Positions 1 to 11,395 are shown, counted from the stretch's first letter. The stretch is 64,000 nt of DNA from an uncultured delta proteobacterium (GCA_963771175.1 CAVYSY010000038.1:64001-128000); one strand, 5' to 3'. A program made the numbers and translations. The notes: generated from the sequence alone by a model not told the origin.

Positions 1-42
1 CGGGAAAATCGGGTGGCTGCCCGGCTGGCCAGGGAGTGCGGC

Positions 43-1654
43 TCAGCCCGCGCGGTAGCGCGCGTCGAAGCGGCTGGTGCCCGGCTCGCGCTTCACGCCG
101 TGGTCCGGGTTGGCGGACAGGTGCTCCAGCACCTTGAACACCGTCTCCACCTCGTCCGGAGCGCCCACGGCCGAGGCCAGCTCCTCCGCGGTGTGGCCCT
201 TCGCCTTGTCCCCGCGCAGCTTCGCCAGCAGCTTGCGCTGCAGCTCCAGCACCACGCCCGCCGCCTTCTTCCCCGCCTCCACGCCCGGCTGGTGGTACGC
301 GTTGATGTTCACCAGCGAGGCGTAGAAGCCCACCGCCCGCTCGTACAGGGCGATCAGCGCGCCCAGCGTGCGCGCGCTCACGTCCGGCACCGTGAGGGTC
401 ATCGACTCGCGGTCCTTCTCGAACAGCGCCCGCCGCGTGCCCAGGAAGAAGCCCAGCAGGTAGTCCCCGCTGGTGATGTCCGGCTCCACCTGCATCGAGC
501 GTCGCCCGGCGCGGTCCTTCAGCACCTCCATGAACGTCGCGAAGAAGTTGTTCACGCCCTCGCGGAGCTGCTGCACGTACGCGTGCTGGTCCGTGGAGCC
601 CTTGTTGCCGTAGACGGCGATGCCCTGGTTCACCACCTTGCCGTCCAGGTCCTTCTCCTTGCCCAGCGACTCCATCACGAGCTGCTGGAGGTACCGGGAC
701 AGCAGCATCAGCCGGTCCTTGTACGGGAGGATGACCATGTCCTTCTGCGCCACGCCCACTCGCCCGCGTGGAACCACATCAGCGCCATCAGCGCGGCCGG
801 GTTCGCGCAGCACGTTCGCGCTCGCGCGTCGCCTCGTCCATGTCGCGCGCGCCCGCCGAGCATCCCGTCGATGTCCAGCCCCTGCAGCGCGCGCCGGCAG
901 CAGGCCCACCGCCGACAGCACCGAGGTGCGCCCGCCAACCCAGTCCCACATCGGGAAGCGTGCGCAGCCACTTGCCCTGCTTCGCGTAGCTGTCCAGCTC
1001 GCTGCCCTCGCCCGTCACCGCCACCGCGTGCTGCGCCGAAGTCGAGCCCCGTCGCCTTGTACGCGCGCTCGCGCCTCCAGCATGCCGTTGCGCGTCTCCT
1101 TCGTGCCGCCCGACTTGCTGATGACCACGGTGAGCGTCTCGGAGAGCTCGCTCGCCCGAGCTGCGCCAGCACCCGGTCCATCCCGTCCGGGTCCGTGTTG
1201 TCGAAGAAGAACACCCGCATCCGGTCCGCGCGCCGTGCCGAGCGCGTCCGCCACGAGCTGCGGCCCCAGCGCCGAGCCGCCGATGCCGATCACCAGCAGC
1301 CGGGTGAACCGCGTCCGCCTTCGGGGGCTTCACCCGGCCCGCGTGCACGTCGTTCGCGAAGCCGCGCACAGCGCTCCACCGTGTCCCGCACTGGCCTTGC
1401 GTGAGGCCCGGCTCGGGAGCGCAGCTCGGGGGCGCGCAGCCAGTAGTGGCCCACCATGCGCTTCTCGTCCGGGTTGGCGATGGCGCCCTTCTCCAGCGCC
1501 TCCATCGCGTCGAAGGCCTTGCTCCATGCGGGCCGCGCATCCGCTCGAGGAAGTCGTCGGCGAAGTTCATCCGCGACACGTCGAGTGTCAGCCCGACCGA
1601 CTCCACCTCGCACAGGTACTTCTTGTAGCGCTCCCAAAGCTGACGCTCGCTCAT
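43..1654 (-). CDS. pgi: glucose-6-phosphate isomerase (several apparent frameshifts, ~780-1530)
   Basis: PGI motifs spread over frames: [67 protein letters not shown]; start [13 protein letters not shown] at 1654. Confidence 0.9.
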
Positions 1655-1868
1655 CGCCTCTCCTCGGCTGCGGTTGCTGGTCAGGCCCGTTCCTACCGCC
1701 ATGCCCGCACCGGGGAAACGAGTTTGATGCAGAGCGCGCCGGAGTCCCGACACTGAACACGCACGGGCGCCCGCGGCGTTGAGCACCGCGCACCCTGCCC
1801 TCCAGTCCCTGGCCGCGCTCCCCGCCCGTGCCTTCCCTCTGGGGAGCCCCTCACCCAGGAGCACGCCC

Positions 1869-3110
1869 ATGCGCACCCGGTCGGACATTCCCGGAGCCCT
1901 CGCCGTCCTCCTCCTCTGTGCCGGGCTCGCCGCCGGCTGTCAGACGTATGACTTCGAGCCGGTCACGCCGCTCGCCGTCACCGTGCCGACAGCCGAGGTC
2001 ACCCTCGCCGTCCGCACCAACACGCCCAACCTGATGCTGCTCGTGGACACGTCCGGCTCGATGCTCGACCCGATGAACTCGTCCCTCGCCACCTGCAGCA
2101 CCGCCTCGGGCTTCCTCTGCCGGGGCCAGGAGTGCCCCGCGAGCTGCCCCACCCGCTGGCGGGCCCTCCAGGGCGCGATGGGCTCCTTCCTCGACAGCTA
2201 CGGGAGTGTCGCGCGCATGGGCCTCGCCACCTACCCCGGCCAGCAGCTCGTCCTCGGCCAGCAGTGTGGCGGCACGCAGTCGCTCCACCTGGACCTGCCC
2301 GCCACGGAGGAGGCCGCCGACCTGCGAGACCACGCCCGCAAGGTAAAGGAGGAGCTGTTGAAGATTCCCGAGGACGAAGTGGGTGGACCCTCGGGAGGGA
2401 CCCCGACCGGCGCGAGCCTCCAGTTCATGGGCTCGCTGCCCCAGCTCCAGACGAGCGAGCGCACCGACTTCGTCCTGCTGCTGACGGACGGCCTGCCCAA
2501 CTGCAACGAGACCAATTCCTACTCCGGGTCCTCCACGGCGTGCCGCTGCACGGTGGGTAACGGCTCCAGTGCCTGCAGCGGTCTCTACGAGCGCCTGGGC
2601 TGCCTGGACCAGGACGGCTCGGTGTCCGCGGTGCGGGCCCTGAGAGAGAGAAACATCCAGACCATCGTCATTGGCTTCGGCGCGGATACGGCCACGGGCG
2701 ATGGGCCCGCGGTACTCAATGCCATGGCCGAGGCCGGAGGCTTCGCGCGCAGGTGCGAGCGAGACGCGGACTGCGGCACGGGCGACACCTGTGACACGGG
2801 CTCCGGGCTGTGCCGCCGCCGCTACTATCAGGCCTCCAACCAGGACGAGCTCGCGGCCGCCCTCCAGAACATCACCGAGCTCTTCGAGGGCACTCCCTGC
2901 CTCATCGAGCTCGCCCCCGACAAGATGCCCCCCTCGCAGAAGCTGCTCGTGGTCTACGTGAACGACGAGCACGTCGATGCCGGTGACGACACCTGGCGGC
3001 TCAAGGAGGGCGTGGGCGTGGAACTCCTGGGCGCCCTGTGCCGGCGGGCCGAGCGCTCCACTCCCACCCAACCGTTGCGAATCCAGGTGCGCGCCGTCAT
3101 CCCCCAGTGA
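1869..3110 (+). CDS. cglB: adventurous gliding motility lipoprotein CglB (VWA domain, Cys-rich)
   Basis: Lipobox LAAGC followed by QTYDFEPV; MIDAS motif LLVDTSGSM; GGTPT and LLTDGLPNC; many Cys, matching the myxobacterial CglB layout. Confidence 0.85.
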   Translation: MRTRSDIPGALAVLLLCAGLAAGCQTYDFEPVTPLAVTVPTAEVTLAVRTNTPNLMLLVDTSGSMLDPMNSSLATCSTASGFLCRGQECPASCPTRWRALQGAMGSFLDSYGSVARMGLATYPGQQLVLGQQCGGTQSLHLDLPATEEAADLRDHARKVKEELLKIPEDEVGGPSGGTPTGASLQFMGSLPQLQTSERTDFVLLLTDGLPNCNETNSYSGSSTACRCTVGNGSSACSGLYERLGCLDQDGSVSAVRALRERNIQTIVIGFGADTATGDGPAVLNAMAEAGGFARRCERDADCGTGDTCDTGSGLCRRRYYQASNQDELAAALQNITELFEGTPCLIELAPDKMPPSQKLLVVYVNDEHVDAGDDTWRLKEGVGVELLGALCRRAERSTPTQPLRIQVRAVIPQ

Positions 3111-3150
3111 GGCCCCCGGGCCCGAGCCCCTGGCGCTATCATCGGCCGCC

Positions 3151-3957
3151 ATGAGCCTGCCCTGGATGCTCGAGACCCCCGCGCCTCCCGCCGATGCGCG
3201 GATTCCCTATGGCCCCCTCACCCACCAGTTCGGGGACCTGCGCCTGCCCCAAGGCAAGGGTCCGCACCCGGTCGTGGTGGTGATTCATGGTGGCTTCTGG
3301 CGCGCGAAGTATGACCTCGACCACGCGGGCCACCTGTGCGCGGACCTCACCCAGCGAGGCTACGCCACCTGGAGCCTCGAGTACCGGCGCGTGGGCCACC
3401 CGGGTGGAGGCTGGCCGGGCACGTTCGAGGATGTCGCGCGCGGAATGGACTTCCTGCGCACCCTCGCGGCCAACTCCCCGCTGGACCTGGAGCGGGTCGT
3501 CACCCTGGGGCACTCGGCCGGCGGACACCTGGCCCTCTGGCTCGCGGCGCGCGGGCGGCTCCAGCCGGGACAGCCGCTGCACACGCCTCAGCCCCTCATA
3601 CCGCGCGGGGCGGTGTCGCTCGCGGGCGTGGTGGACCTCGAGCGCGCCCACGCCCTGCGTCTCGGTGATGGAATCGTCGAATCGTTCCTCGGCGGCACGC
3701 CCGCGCAGGTCCCCGAGCACTACCGGCTCGGCTCTCCCGCCGCGCTCCTCCCGCTCGGGGTGAAGCAGGTGCTGGTCCACGGAGCCGAGGACACCACCGT
3801 CCCGCTCTCCCTCAGCGTCGAGTACCACGCCCGCGCAACGAAGCTCGGCGACTCCGTCCGGCTCGTGAGCCTGCCGGGCGCGGAGCACTTCGAGGTCATC
3901 GACCCGCGCGCGAAGGAGTGGCCACTGATTTTGGAGGCGATCAGCTCCCTGCTGTGA
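3151..3957 (+). CDS. alpha/beta hydrolase (HSL/kynurenine-formamidase-like)
   Basis: HGGFW oxyanion motif, GHSAG nucleophile elbow, D(TTVP) and H(FEVID) triad residues. Confidence 0.85.
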   Translation: MSLPWMLETPAPPADARIPYGPLTHQFGDLRLPQGKGPHPVVVVIHGGFWRAKYDLDHAGHLCADLTQRGYATWSLEYRRVGHPGGGWPGTFEDVARGMDFLRTLAANSPLDLERVVTLGHSAGGHLALWLAARGRLQPGQPLHTPQPLIPRGAVSLAGVVDLERAHALRLGDGIVESFLGGTPAQVPEHYRLGSPAALLPLGVKQVLVHGAEDTTVPLSLSVEYHARATKLGDSVRLVSLPGAEHFEVIDPRAKEWPLILEAISSLL

Positions 3958-3984
3958 GGGAGCCGATGGGCCCGCCGGGTCGGC

Positions 3985-6983
3985 TTACAAAAGCCCGGCG
4001 TCCTTGAACCCGGCGAGGATACCGGTCCAGGAGGGCCTCATCGAAGGGAGGCACTTCGACACCCGAGCCCCGCAACCCCTCGCGCGTCTGGTCGTCCCGG
4101 TAGACGGGCATCCGGTGGCTCAACTCCACGACGGTGGCGCGGCCCTGGTAGACCTTCTCCGTGATGTAGGCGGTGAGCGGGTAGAGCGGGTTGGCGGGCG
4201 GCAGCGAGTGGAGCGCCTGCAGCCAGCTCCGGGTCGACACCTTCTCCATCGGGTAGCCCCGCTCCACGAGCTGCTCGAACATCTCCAGGTGCGACAGCTC
4301 GCGCACCCGGTCGGGCACCAGGTTGTAGGTGCCGCCCGCGGCCCGCTGGGAGAGGACCGCGATGGCGCGGGCCAGGTAGTCCACCGGCGCCGGCAGCCAG
4401 AACTTCCTCGGCAGGTCCGGGTAGAGCCCCATGCGGATGCAGCCCACGAGCATCCGGCACAGCAGGTCGTCCACATTGGCCATGCCCGTCACACTGTGGC
4501 CCTCGATGAAGCCAGGGCGGTAGATGGAGACGGGCAGTCCCCGAGCACGCGCCTCGTGCACGAGCCGCTCGGCCACCCACTTGGACTTCGTGTACCCGTT
4601 CTCCACGGCCATCAGCGGCAGGCTGCGCAGCAGGTCGAAGCCCTCCTCCACCTCCTCCAGCCCCAGCAGCGTGGAGACCGCGCCGTACACGCACACCGAG
4701 GAGACGTGGTGCAGTGCCTTGGGGCGCGTGGTGCAGGCCAGGCGCAGGACGTGGCGCGTGCCCTCGACGTTGGACCCCCGCATCGCCGCGTAGGGCCGCA
4801 CGTAATGGGTGTCCGCCGCCGAGTGGTAGATGACGTCCACCTCGGCGCAGAGCCGCGCGTAGTCCACCTCGGAGAGCCCCAGCCGGGGCCGCTGCACGTC
4901 ACCGGCCAGCGCCGCCACCCGCGCCAGCAACTCCGGACGCCGCCCGTACTTCTCGAAGGTGGCCCGCCAGCCGCCGCATGGCCTGTGCGTCCGACTCCGC
5001 CCGCACCACGCAGTACACGGTGCGGAACGGGCCATGGGCCAGGAGCTCCTCCAGCAGGAAAATGCCCAGGAAACCCGTGGCGCCGGTGATGAGCGCGACC
5101 TCCGAGCCCGGCGTGCCGCTCAATGGGCGGAGGTCCTCCTCCAGGCGAGACTCCGCGAGCAGGTCCACGTCCTCCGTCCCCTTCACGGGCTCCGGCGACG
5201 CGAGGCGGTGCTCCACCCACGCCATCATCCCCGCGGGCGAGGGGTGCGAGTACACCACCCGCGGAGGCACCTCCACGCCGAGCTCCTGACGGAGTGCGCC
5301 CACCACGTGCGCCACGCACAGCGAGTCGCCGCCCAGGAGGAAGAAGTCCGAGTCCGCCCCGACCGAGCCCGGAGCGAGCTTCAGCACCCGCTCGAAGATG
5401 GCGGCGCACCGGCTCACGCCCTCCGACTCCAGCCCGCCCGCGAGCGCCTGCACCGGCGGGGGTGGCAGCGCCGCGCGGTCCACCTTGCTCCGGTTGGCCA
5501 TCAGCGGCAGGGCGTCGAGGAAGACGTAGAGCGGCGGGACCATGTACTCGGGCAGCCGGTCCGCGACGAAGCGCCGCAGGGACTCGGGCGAGGGCGTCTC
5601 CGAGCGGGGCACCACGTACGCCACCAGCTTCCGGGCACCGCGCTCCCCGGACTCCAGCGCCTTCACCGCGGCGTGCTGGACGCCCGGGTGCTCGCAGAGC
5701 GTGTGCTCCACCGCCTCCAGCTCCACCCGCAGGCCGCGAATCTTCACCTGCTGGTCCACGCGCCCGGCGAACTCGAGCGACCTGCGTGGCCCCCTGCGCA
5801 CCGCCAGGTCTCCGCTCCGGTAGAGCAGCCCGGTGCCCGCCGGGTGGCGCACGAAGCGCCGCGCGGTCAGCTCGGGCTTGTTCAGATAGCCGAGCGCCAC
5901 GCCCACGCCGCCGATGTAGAGCTCGCCCACCTCCCCGTCCGCCACCGGCCTCAGGGCCTCGTCGAGCAGGTGCACCTCCCATCCGGGCAGCGGCGGGCCG
6001 ATGGGCACGGAGGTGTCCGAATCCCGGAACAAGTGCATGGTGGTGCAGACGGTCGCCTCGGTGGGGCCGTAGGCGTTGAAGAAGCGCCGCGACGGCGAGG
6101 CCCAGCTCCGGGCCAGTGCGAGCGGACAGGCCTCGCCCGCCACCACCACGGTGCGCAGCTCCGGCAGCGCGTCCCGGAAGTCGTGCAGGGTGGCCAGCAC
6201 GGACGGAGGCATGCACACCATGGAGACGCGGTGAGCCACGAGGAACTCCGCCAGGGGCCGACCGGGCATCAACTGCTCGCGCGAGCCCAGCACCAGCGTG
6301 GAGCCCCCACACAGGGCGGAGAAGATTTCCCACGTCGCGGCATCGAAGCTCAGCGAGGCGAACTGCAGCAGTCGCACGCGGCGATCCAGCTCGAACGCGT
6401 TGACGTTGGCGCGCGCCAGGGCGACGAGCCCCCGGTGGGGCACCACCACGCCCTTGGGTTCTCCCGTGGAGCCGGAGGTATAGATGACGTAGGCGGCATC
6501 GTCGGGCCCCGCGGCCGGGAGCACGGCGGCCGGAGGTGTACGCCGCCACGCGAGAGCCTCGTCGTCCAGGTAGAGGAAGCGAGGCCGGCGGTCGAGCGCC
6601 GCCACACAGGGCTCCAGGTCGAAGGCGAACTTCCGCTGCGCCAGCACCGTGCGCACCCCTGCATCGGTGAGCGTATAGGCGAGGCGCCGCGCCGGCAGCT
6701 CCGGGTCCAACGGCACATAGGCCGCGCCCGCCTCGAGCACCGCCAGCAGGGCGATGATGCGGTCGAACGAGGGCTCCAGGCAGAGGGCGACGAGGTCTCC
6801 CCGCCGCACGCCCAGCTCCCCCACCAGGTATGACGAGAGGGCGCGGACCCGGGCGCCCAGCTCGCCATAGCTCAGCGTCCTGTCCCCCCAGGACAGGGCG
6901 GGCGCCTCCGCGTGCGCCTTGAAGAGGTGTTGCAGCCAGGGAACGACGGTCGGGAACGAAGAATCAGAGGCCAGTGCAATCAT
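3985..6983 (-). CDS. stand-alone NRPS-like A-T-R enzyme (adenylation, PCP, thioester reductase); apparent frameshifts near 4960 and 4020
   Basis: A-domain motifs YTSGSTGEPKG, NAYGPTE, YRSGD, GRVDQQVKIRG; PCP DFFLLGGDSL; R-domain ITGATGFLG and YTKSKWVAE; removing one base near 4020 gives ...DRYLAGFKDAGLL-stop at 3985. Confidence 0.85.
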
Positions 6984-7191
6984 GGGCGCGCGCCTCGTAT
7001 TCATGGTTTACATGAAAAACCACTTAAAAAAGTAAATCAGCACTTAAAGATTACGTCACCTGCCCAGGAGCGGCTCGCGGGAGGAGCGGTGGAATGCATG
7101 GAGTGTGCGGCGCTCAAAACCACCGCGGGACAGCAGTGACAAGCCTGACACTTCAACTTCAGATGTGAGGAAGGGCCATCAGGCAGAAAGA

Positions 7192-7224
7192 GAGGGCGCC
7201 GTCATGGTTCATGACGGCGCCCTC
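7192..7224 (-). terminator. probable intrinsic terminator
   Basis: Perfect 15-bp inverted repeat GAGGGCGCCGTCATG-gtt-CATGACGGCGCCCTC, followed on the minus strand by TCTTTCT, downstream of the 7313-7897 gene. Confidence 0.7.
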
Positions 7225-7312
7225 GACACATCCGATGAGGCAGAGCCCAGGTCTGGAAGTGAACCCCGGGTCAGAAGCCGCGCACGTCAGGCACGGGACT
7301 CGGCCCGAGAGC

Positions 7313-7897
7313 TCAGCCCTGCGGCACCGACCAGGAGCCCGTCCACTCCGAGGGCATGTCCGGGTGCAGCGAGGTGAGCTTGTAGGTGCAGTGCTTATCG
7401 CCGCTCGGGTCCGGGCTGCGGATGGTGTAGAGCGGCGACAGCCTCGAGCCGCGCTCGGTGCCGGCGTACTGCACCTCGTACTCCTTGCTGGTGGAGTTCG
7501 TGGTGGTGGTCTCGCCGCGCTCGGTCTTGCGCGTCGTGGTGCACTGCGCCTCGAACTTCACCTTCCAGGTGCCCTTGTCGCCCACGCGCGGCACCTTGAG
7601 TTCGGCGCGCATCATGTACTCGCCCGGCGGCAGCTCCTCGGCGCTGGAGCCGAGGAACTCCTCGCAGTCGCGGCCCTGGCCCTTGCAGATACCGATGCTC
7701 TGGTCGCTCCAGGGCTGCACGCCCGCGCGCACGTCCGAGAGCAGCGGGCCCACCAGGCCCTCCTCGAAGGACGTGAGCCCGGACGCGCCCGCCGATGATG
7801 TGGAGCAGTTGCTGGAGCTGGCCGCCTCCGCCGTGTTTCCGCCCTTGCACGCCATGAGCGTGCCCGCGGCCGTGAGTGCCAGGATGAATGTCCGCAT
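7313..7897 (-). CDS. hypothetical lipoprotein
   Basis: Signal peptide with lipobox MRTFILALTAAGTLMAC; GC3-rich codon usage. Confidence 0.7.
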   Translation of the reverse strand: MRTFILALTAAGTLMACKGGNTAEAASSSNCSTSSAGASGLTSFEEGLVGPLLSDVRAGVQPWSDQSIGICKGQGRDCEEFLGSSAEELPPGEYMMRAELKVPRVGDKGTWKVKFEAQCTTTRKTERGETTTTNSTSKEYEVQYAGTERGSRLSPLYTIRSPDPSGDKHCTYKLTSLHPDMPSEWTGSWSVPQG

Positions 7898-8005
7898 GGT
7901 GTTCCCCCCTCGTATGAAGTCGAGTGCGGGCGCTATAGCACCCGCCCCCGGCCCCAACAGTGAACGGGTTCACACTCGCGCGGGGCCCCGCTCAGCGGCG
8001 GGGAG

Positions 8006-8743
8006 TCAGAAGCCGCGCATCCAGCCGCCGTCGATGGCGATGGACTGGCCCGTGATGTAGGCCGCCTGCTCCGAGGCGAGGAACGTCACCAGCGCCCCCA
8101 GCTCCTCGGGCTTGCCCAGACGACGCGCCGGAATCTGCGACGTAATCCTGTCCTCGGGGACGCCGAGCGCCTTCAGACGCTCCGTGGCGTGGTAGCCGGG
8201 CTGCACGCCGTTGATGGTGATGCCGTGCTCGGCCACCTCGTTGCTCACGGTCTTCACCAGCCCCATCAGCCCCGCGCGCAGGCCATTGGAGATGGTCAGC
8301 AGTGGCATCGCCTCGCGCGCCGCCGCCGACGTCACCAGGACGATGCGCCCCCAGTGCCGCTCCTTCATCCCCGGCAGCGCCGCCTGGAGGCCCTCCACCA
8401 CGCTCATCCACAGGTTCTGGAAGCCCTCCTGCCACTGCTCGGCCGAGAGCGTCTCGATGCCGCCCTTGGGCGGCCCGCCCGTGTTCACCACGAGCACGTC
8501 CACGCCGCCCAGCTCCGCCACCACCTTCTCCACCAGCACCTTCGTGGCACCGGGCTTCGTCAGGTCGGCCGCCACGGCGAGCGTGGCGCCCATCCGCTTC
8601 TCGGCCTCGCGGATGCGCTCCTCACTGCGCGAGCAGATGGCCACCCGTGCCCCCTCCTTCACGAGCTGCTCGGCGATGGCGTACCCCAGTCCACTGGAGG
8701 CACCCATCACCAGAGCCCGCCTACCCTTCAAGCCGAAATCCAT
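8006..8743 (-). CDS. SDR family oxidoreductase (FabG-like, atypical)
   Basis: GASSGLG cofactor motif, VNTGGP, ITGQSIAIDGG; overlaps the 3' end of kmo. Confidence 0.85.
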   Translation of the reverse strand: MDFGLKGRRALVMGASSGLGYAIAEQLVKEGARVAICSRSEERIREAEKRMGATLAVAADLTKPGATKVLVEKVVAELGGVDVLVVNTGGPPKGGIETLSAEQWQEGFQNLWMSVVEGLQAALPGMKERHWGRIVLVTSAAAREAMPLLTISNGLRAGLMGLVKTVSNEVAEHGITINGVQPGYHATERLKALGVPEDRITSQIPARRLGKPEELGALVTFLASEQAAYITGQSIAIDGGWMRGF

Positions 8744-10118
8744 CCGAGTGCTCCTTCATGAAGGGCGCCAGCCGCTCGCGGATGAGCGTGCGGGCCCTGT
8801 CCAGGTCCACGTCTTCCGCCCGGGTGAGGCCCTCGCTCAGCTCGGCGACGATGCCGCCCGCGATGGTTCCCACCTCGTAGGCCAGACGGTACGGCACCCG
8901 GCTGAAGCTCACCAGCGTGTAGCGGCTCAGGAACTCGCCCGGGAAGGCCTTGAGCAGCTCCTTCTCCACCGCCTTCTCCAGCAGGAAGCGCGGGTCCGCC
9001 GTCCGGTCCCGCATCTCCACGAAGTTCTCCACCGCCATGTCGGCGATGGCATCCGCGTTCGGCTTGCGCAGCCGGAAGAACTCCTCGAAGGCGTCCTCCC
9101 ACCGAGTGTGCCGCCCGAGGCAGTCCTCCAGCGTCACGCAGTCCTCGAAGCCGCAGTTCATCCCCTGCCCGAAGAAGGGCACGATGGCGTGCGCCGCGTC
9201 CCCCAGCAGCAGTGCCCTCCCCCCCACGTGCCACGGCGCGCTCTTCACCGTCACCATCGTCCCCGTGGGGTTGTGGAAGAAGTCGTGCGTCAGGTCGGGC
9301 ATCAGCGGCAGCGCGTCCGGGAACTGCTCCTCGAAGAAGGACAACACCCGCGACGGAGAGTCCAGCGACTCGAAGCTCACCGGGCCCTGGAAGGGGAGGA
9401 ACAGCGTGCAGGTGAAGCTGCCATCCTCGTTCGGCAGGGCAATCAGCATGTACGAGCCACGCGGCCAGATGTGCAGCGCGTGCTTCTCCATCCGGAAGGC
9501 GCCACCCGGGCCCGCGGGAATCGTCAGCTCCTTGTACCCGTGGCTCAGGTGCTCCTGCGCCGAGCAGTGGCCCGGCAGCCGCTCCAGCTCGCGCCGCACC
9601 GCCGAGCCCGCGCCGTCCGTGCCGAACACCACCGGAGTGCGCACCTCGCGCGCGGCGCCACTCGACTCGTCCTGCACGTCGAGCACGCCCTTCTCGAAGT
9701 CCACGTGCTGCACGCGCTGCTTGAACTGGATGCGCACCCGGCCCGAGCCCTCGGCGTGCGTCATCAGGTACTTGTTCAGCCACGCGCGCGAGATGCTGTT
9801 GATGTGCTGGGACTCGTCCTTGCCGTAGGCCTGGAAGACCAGCCCACCCGAGACCGGGTGGATCATCCGGCCGCGCATGGGGATGGCATGGCGCAGCGCC
9901 TCCTCCTCCAGCCCCACCTGCCGCAGGGCATACAGACCGCGGGCGGAGATGGCGAGGTTGATGGAGCGCCCCGCGCCAATCTCCTCGTGCCGCATGTCCG
10001 GGCGCCGCTCCAGGACGTCCACCTGGAAGCCACGCCGCGCCAGGTACATCGCCAGAAGCGAGCCCACCAGGCCCGCTCCCACCACCGTCACGTGCTGTGT
10101 GCGTTCAATCTCGTGCAT
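8721..10118 (-). CDS. kmo: kynurenine 3-monooxygenase
   Basis: GAGLVG FAD motif, GRSINLAISARG, HALHIWPRG, LLGDAAHAIVPFFGQGMNCGFED; next to kynU. Confidence 0.9.
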   Translation of the reverse strand: MHEIERTQHVTVVGAGLVGSLLAMYLARRGFQVDVLERRPDMRHEEIGAGRSINLAISARGLYALRQVGLEEEALRHAIPMRGRMIHPVSGGLVFQAYGKDESQHINSISRAWLNKYLMTHAEGSGRVRIQFKQRVQHVDFEKGVLDVQDESSGAAREVRTPVVFGTDGAGSAVRRELERLPGHCSAQEHLSHGYKELTIPAGPGGAFRMEKHALHIWPRGSYMLIALPNEDGSFTCTLFLPFQGPVSFESLDSPSRVLSFFEEQFPDALPLMPDLTHDFFHNPTGTMVTVKSAPWHVGGRALLLGDAAHAIVPFFGQGMNCGFEDCVTLEDCLGRHTRWEDAFEEFFRLRKPNADAIADMAVENFVEMRDRTADPRFLLEKAVEKELLKAFPGEFLSRYTLVSFSRVPYRLAYEVGTIAGGIVAELSEGLTRAEDVDLDRARTLIRERLAPFMKEHSDGFRLEG

Positions 10119-11395
10119 GGCTTTCGAGCACCCCCGCGAAGCGGTATACGTCGAGGAAGCTGACATAGAGAGGAGCCGGCGCGGCGCGGATGACGTCCGG
10201 CGAACGGAAGTCGCAGAGGATTCCCTGCGCCGTGAGCTTCTCCAGCAGCTTCCGAGGCTCCTTGCCGAAGCGCAGCGAGAGCTGGACGCCCCGCTGCTTC
10301 GGCTCTCTCGGAGTGGTGATGCGCACGAACCCGGGCGGGAGCCGGTCCAGGAGGAACTCCAGGTAGCCGGTGAGCAGCTCGCTCTTGCGGCGCAGCGCCG
10401 GCATCGTCGCGCGGTCGAAGATTTCCAGGGACGCCCGGAGGGCCGCGAGCTGGAGGATGGGCGGGTTGGAGAGCATCCACCCCTCGGCGCCCGGGCTCGG
10501 GTTGAAGTCCGGCCCCATCTGGAAGCGCGTCTGCTTGTCGTGGCCCCACCAGCCCGCGAAGCGCGGCAGGTCCTTGTCGCGAGCGTGGCGCTCATGGACG
10601 AAGACGCCGCCCAGCGTGCCCGGGCCCCCGTTGAGGTACTTGTACGAGCACCACACGGCGAAGTCCGGCCCGTCATCGTGCAGCGAGAGCCGCAGGTTGC
10701 CGGCCGCGTGCGCCAGGTCGAAGCCCACCCGGCAGCCCTGCTTGTGCGCGGCCCGGGTGATGGCGGCCATGTCGAAGGCCTGGCCGGTGAGGTAGTTCAC
10801 GTTGCCCAGCAGCACCAGGGCGATCTCCCGCCCGTGTCGCTCGAGGGTCTCGAGGATGTCCTCGGTGCGCAGCGTCTCCTCGCCCTCGCGAGGGGAGAGG
10901 CGGAGGATGGCCTCGTCCGGGTCCTGGCCGTGGAAGCGCACCTGCGAGGCCACCGCGTACTGGTCCGACGGGAAGGCCCCCGCCTCGATGAGGATTTTGC
11001 GGCGCTCGCCCGAGGGCCGGTAGAAGGACACCATCATCAGGTGCAGGTTCACCGAGAGGGTGTTCATCACCACCACTTCGATGCGGGTGGGCCCCCACGA
11101 GCCGGGCCGTCTGCTCGGTGAGCAGCTCGTGGTAGGGCATCCACGGATGCGGCCCCGTGAAGTGGCCCTCCACCCCATGCTTCTCCCAGTCCTCCATCGC
11201 CTCGAGCACGTAGGGCTTCGCCTTGCGCGGCTGGAGCCCCAGCGAGTTGCCCACGAGGTAGATGACGGGCTCTCCGCTCTCGCCGCGCGGGAAGAGGAAC
11301 TCCTCCCGGAAGTGGCGCAGCGGATCCTGCGCGTCCATCCGCCGGGCGAAGTCCTCACTGGCCTCGAAACGCACTGCCTCTGAGCCACCGCTCAT
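10105..11395 (-). CDS. kynU: kynureninase (one apparent frameshift near 11090)
   Basis: YLVGNSLGLQP, MNTLSVNLHLMM, AFPSDQY, DLAHAAGN, PLP-lysine motif WCSYKYLNGGPG. Confidence 0.9.

Noticed and set aside
43..1654. pgi (and atpB, kynU, nbaC) as true pseudogenes or programmed frameshifts
   Set aside because: Multiple scattered indels with intact motifs and no slippery-site pattern; sequencing error is more parsimonious
7060..7310. Possible riboswitch or sRNA upstream of the A-T-R gene
   Set aside because: Only a terminator-like hairpin is evident; I recognised no aptamer consensus. An Rfam/Infernal scan would settle it
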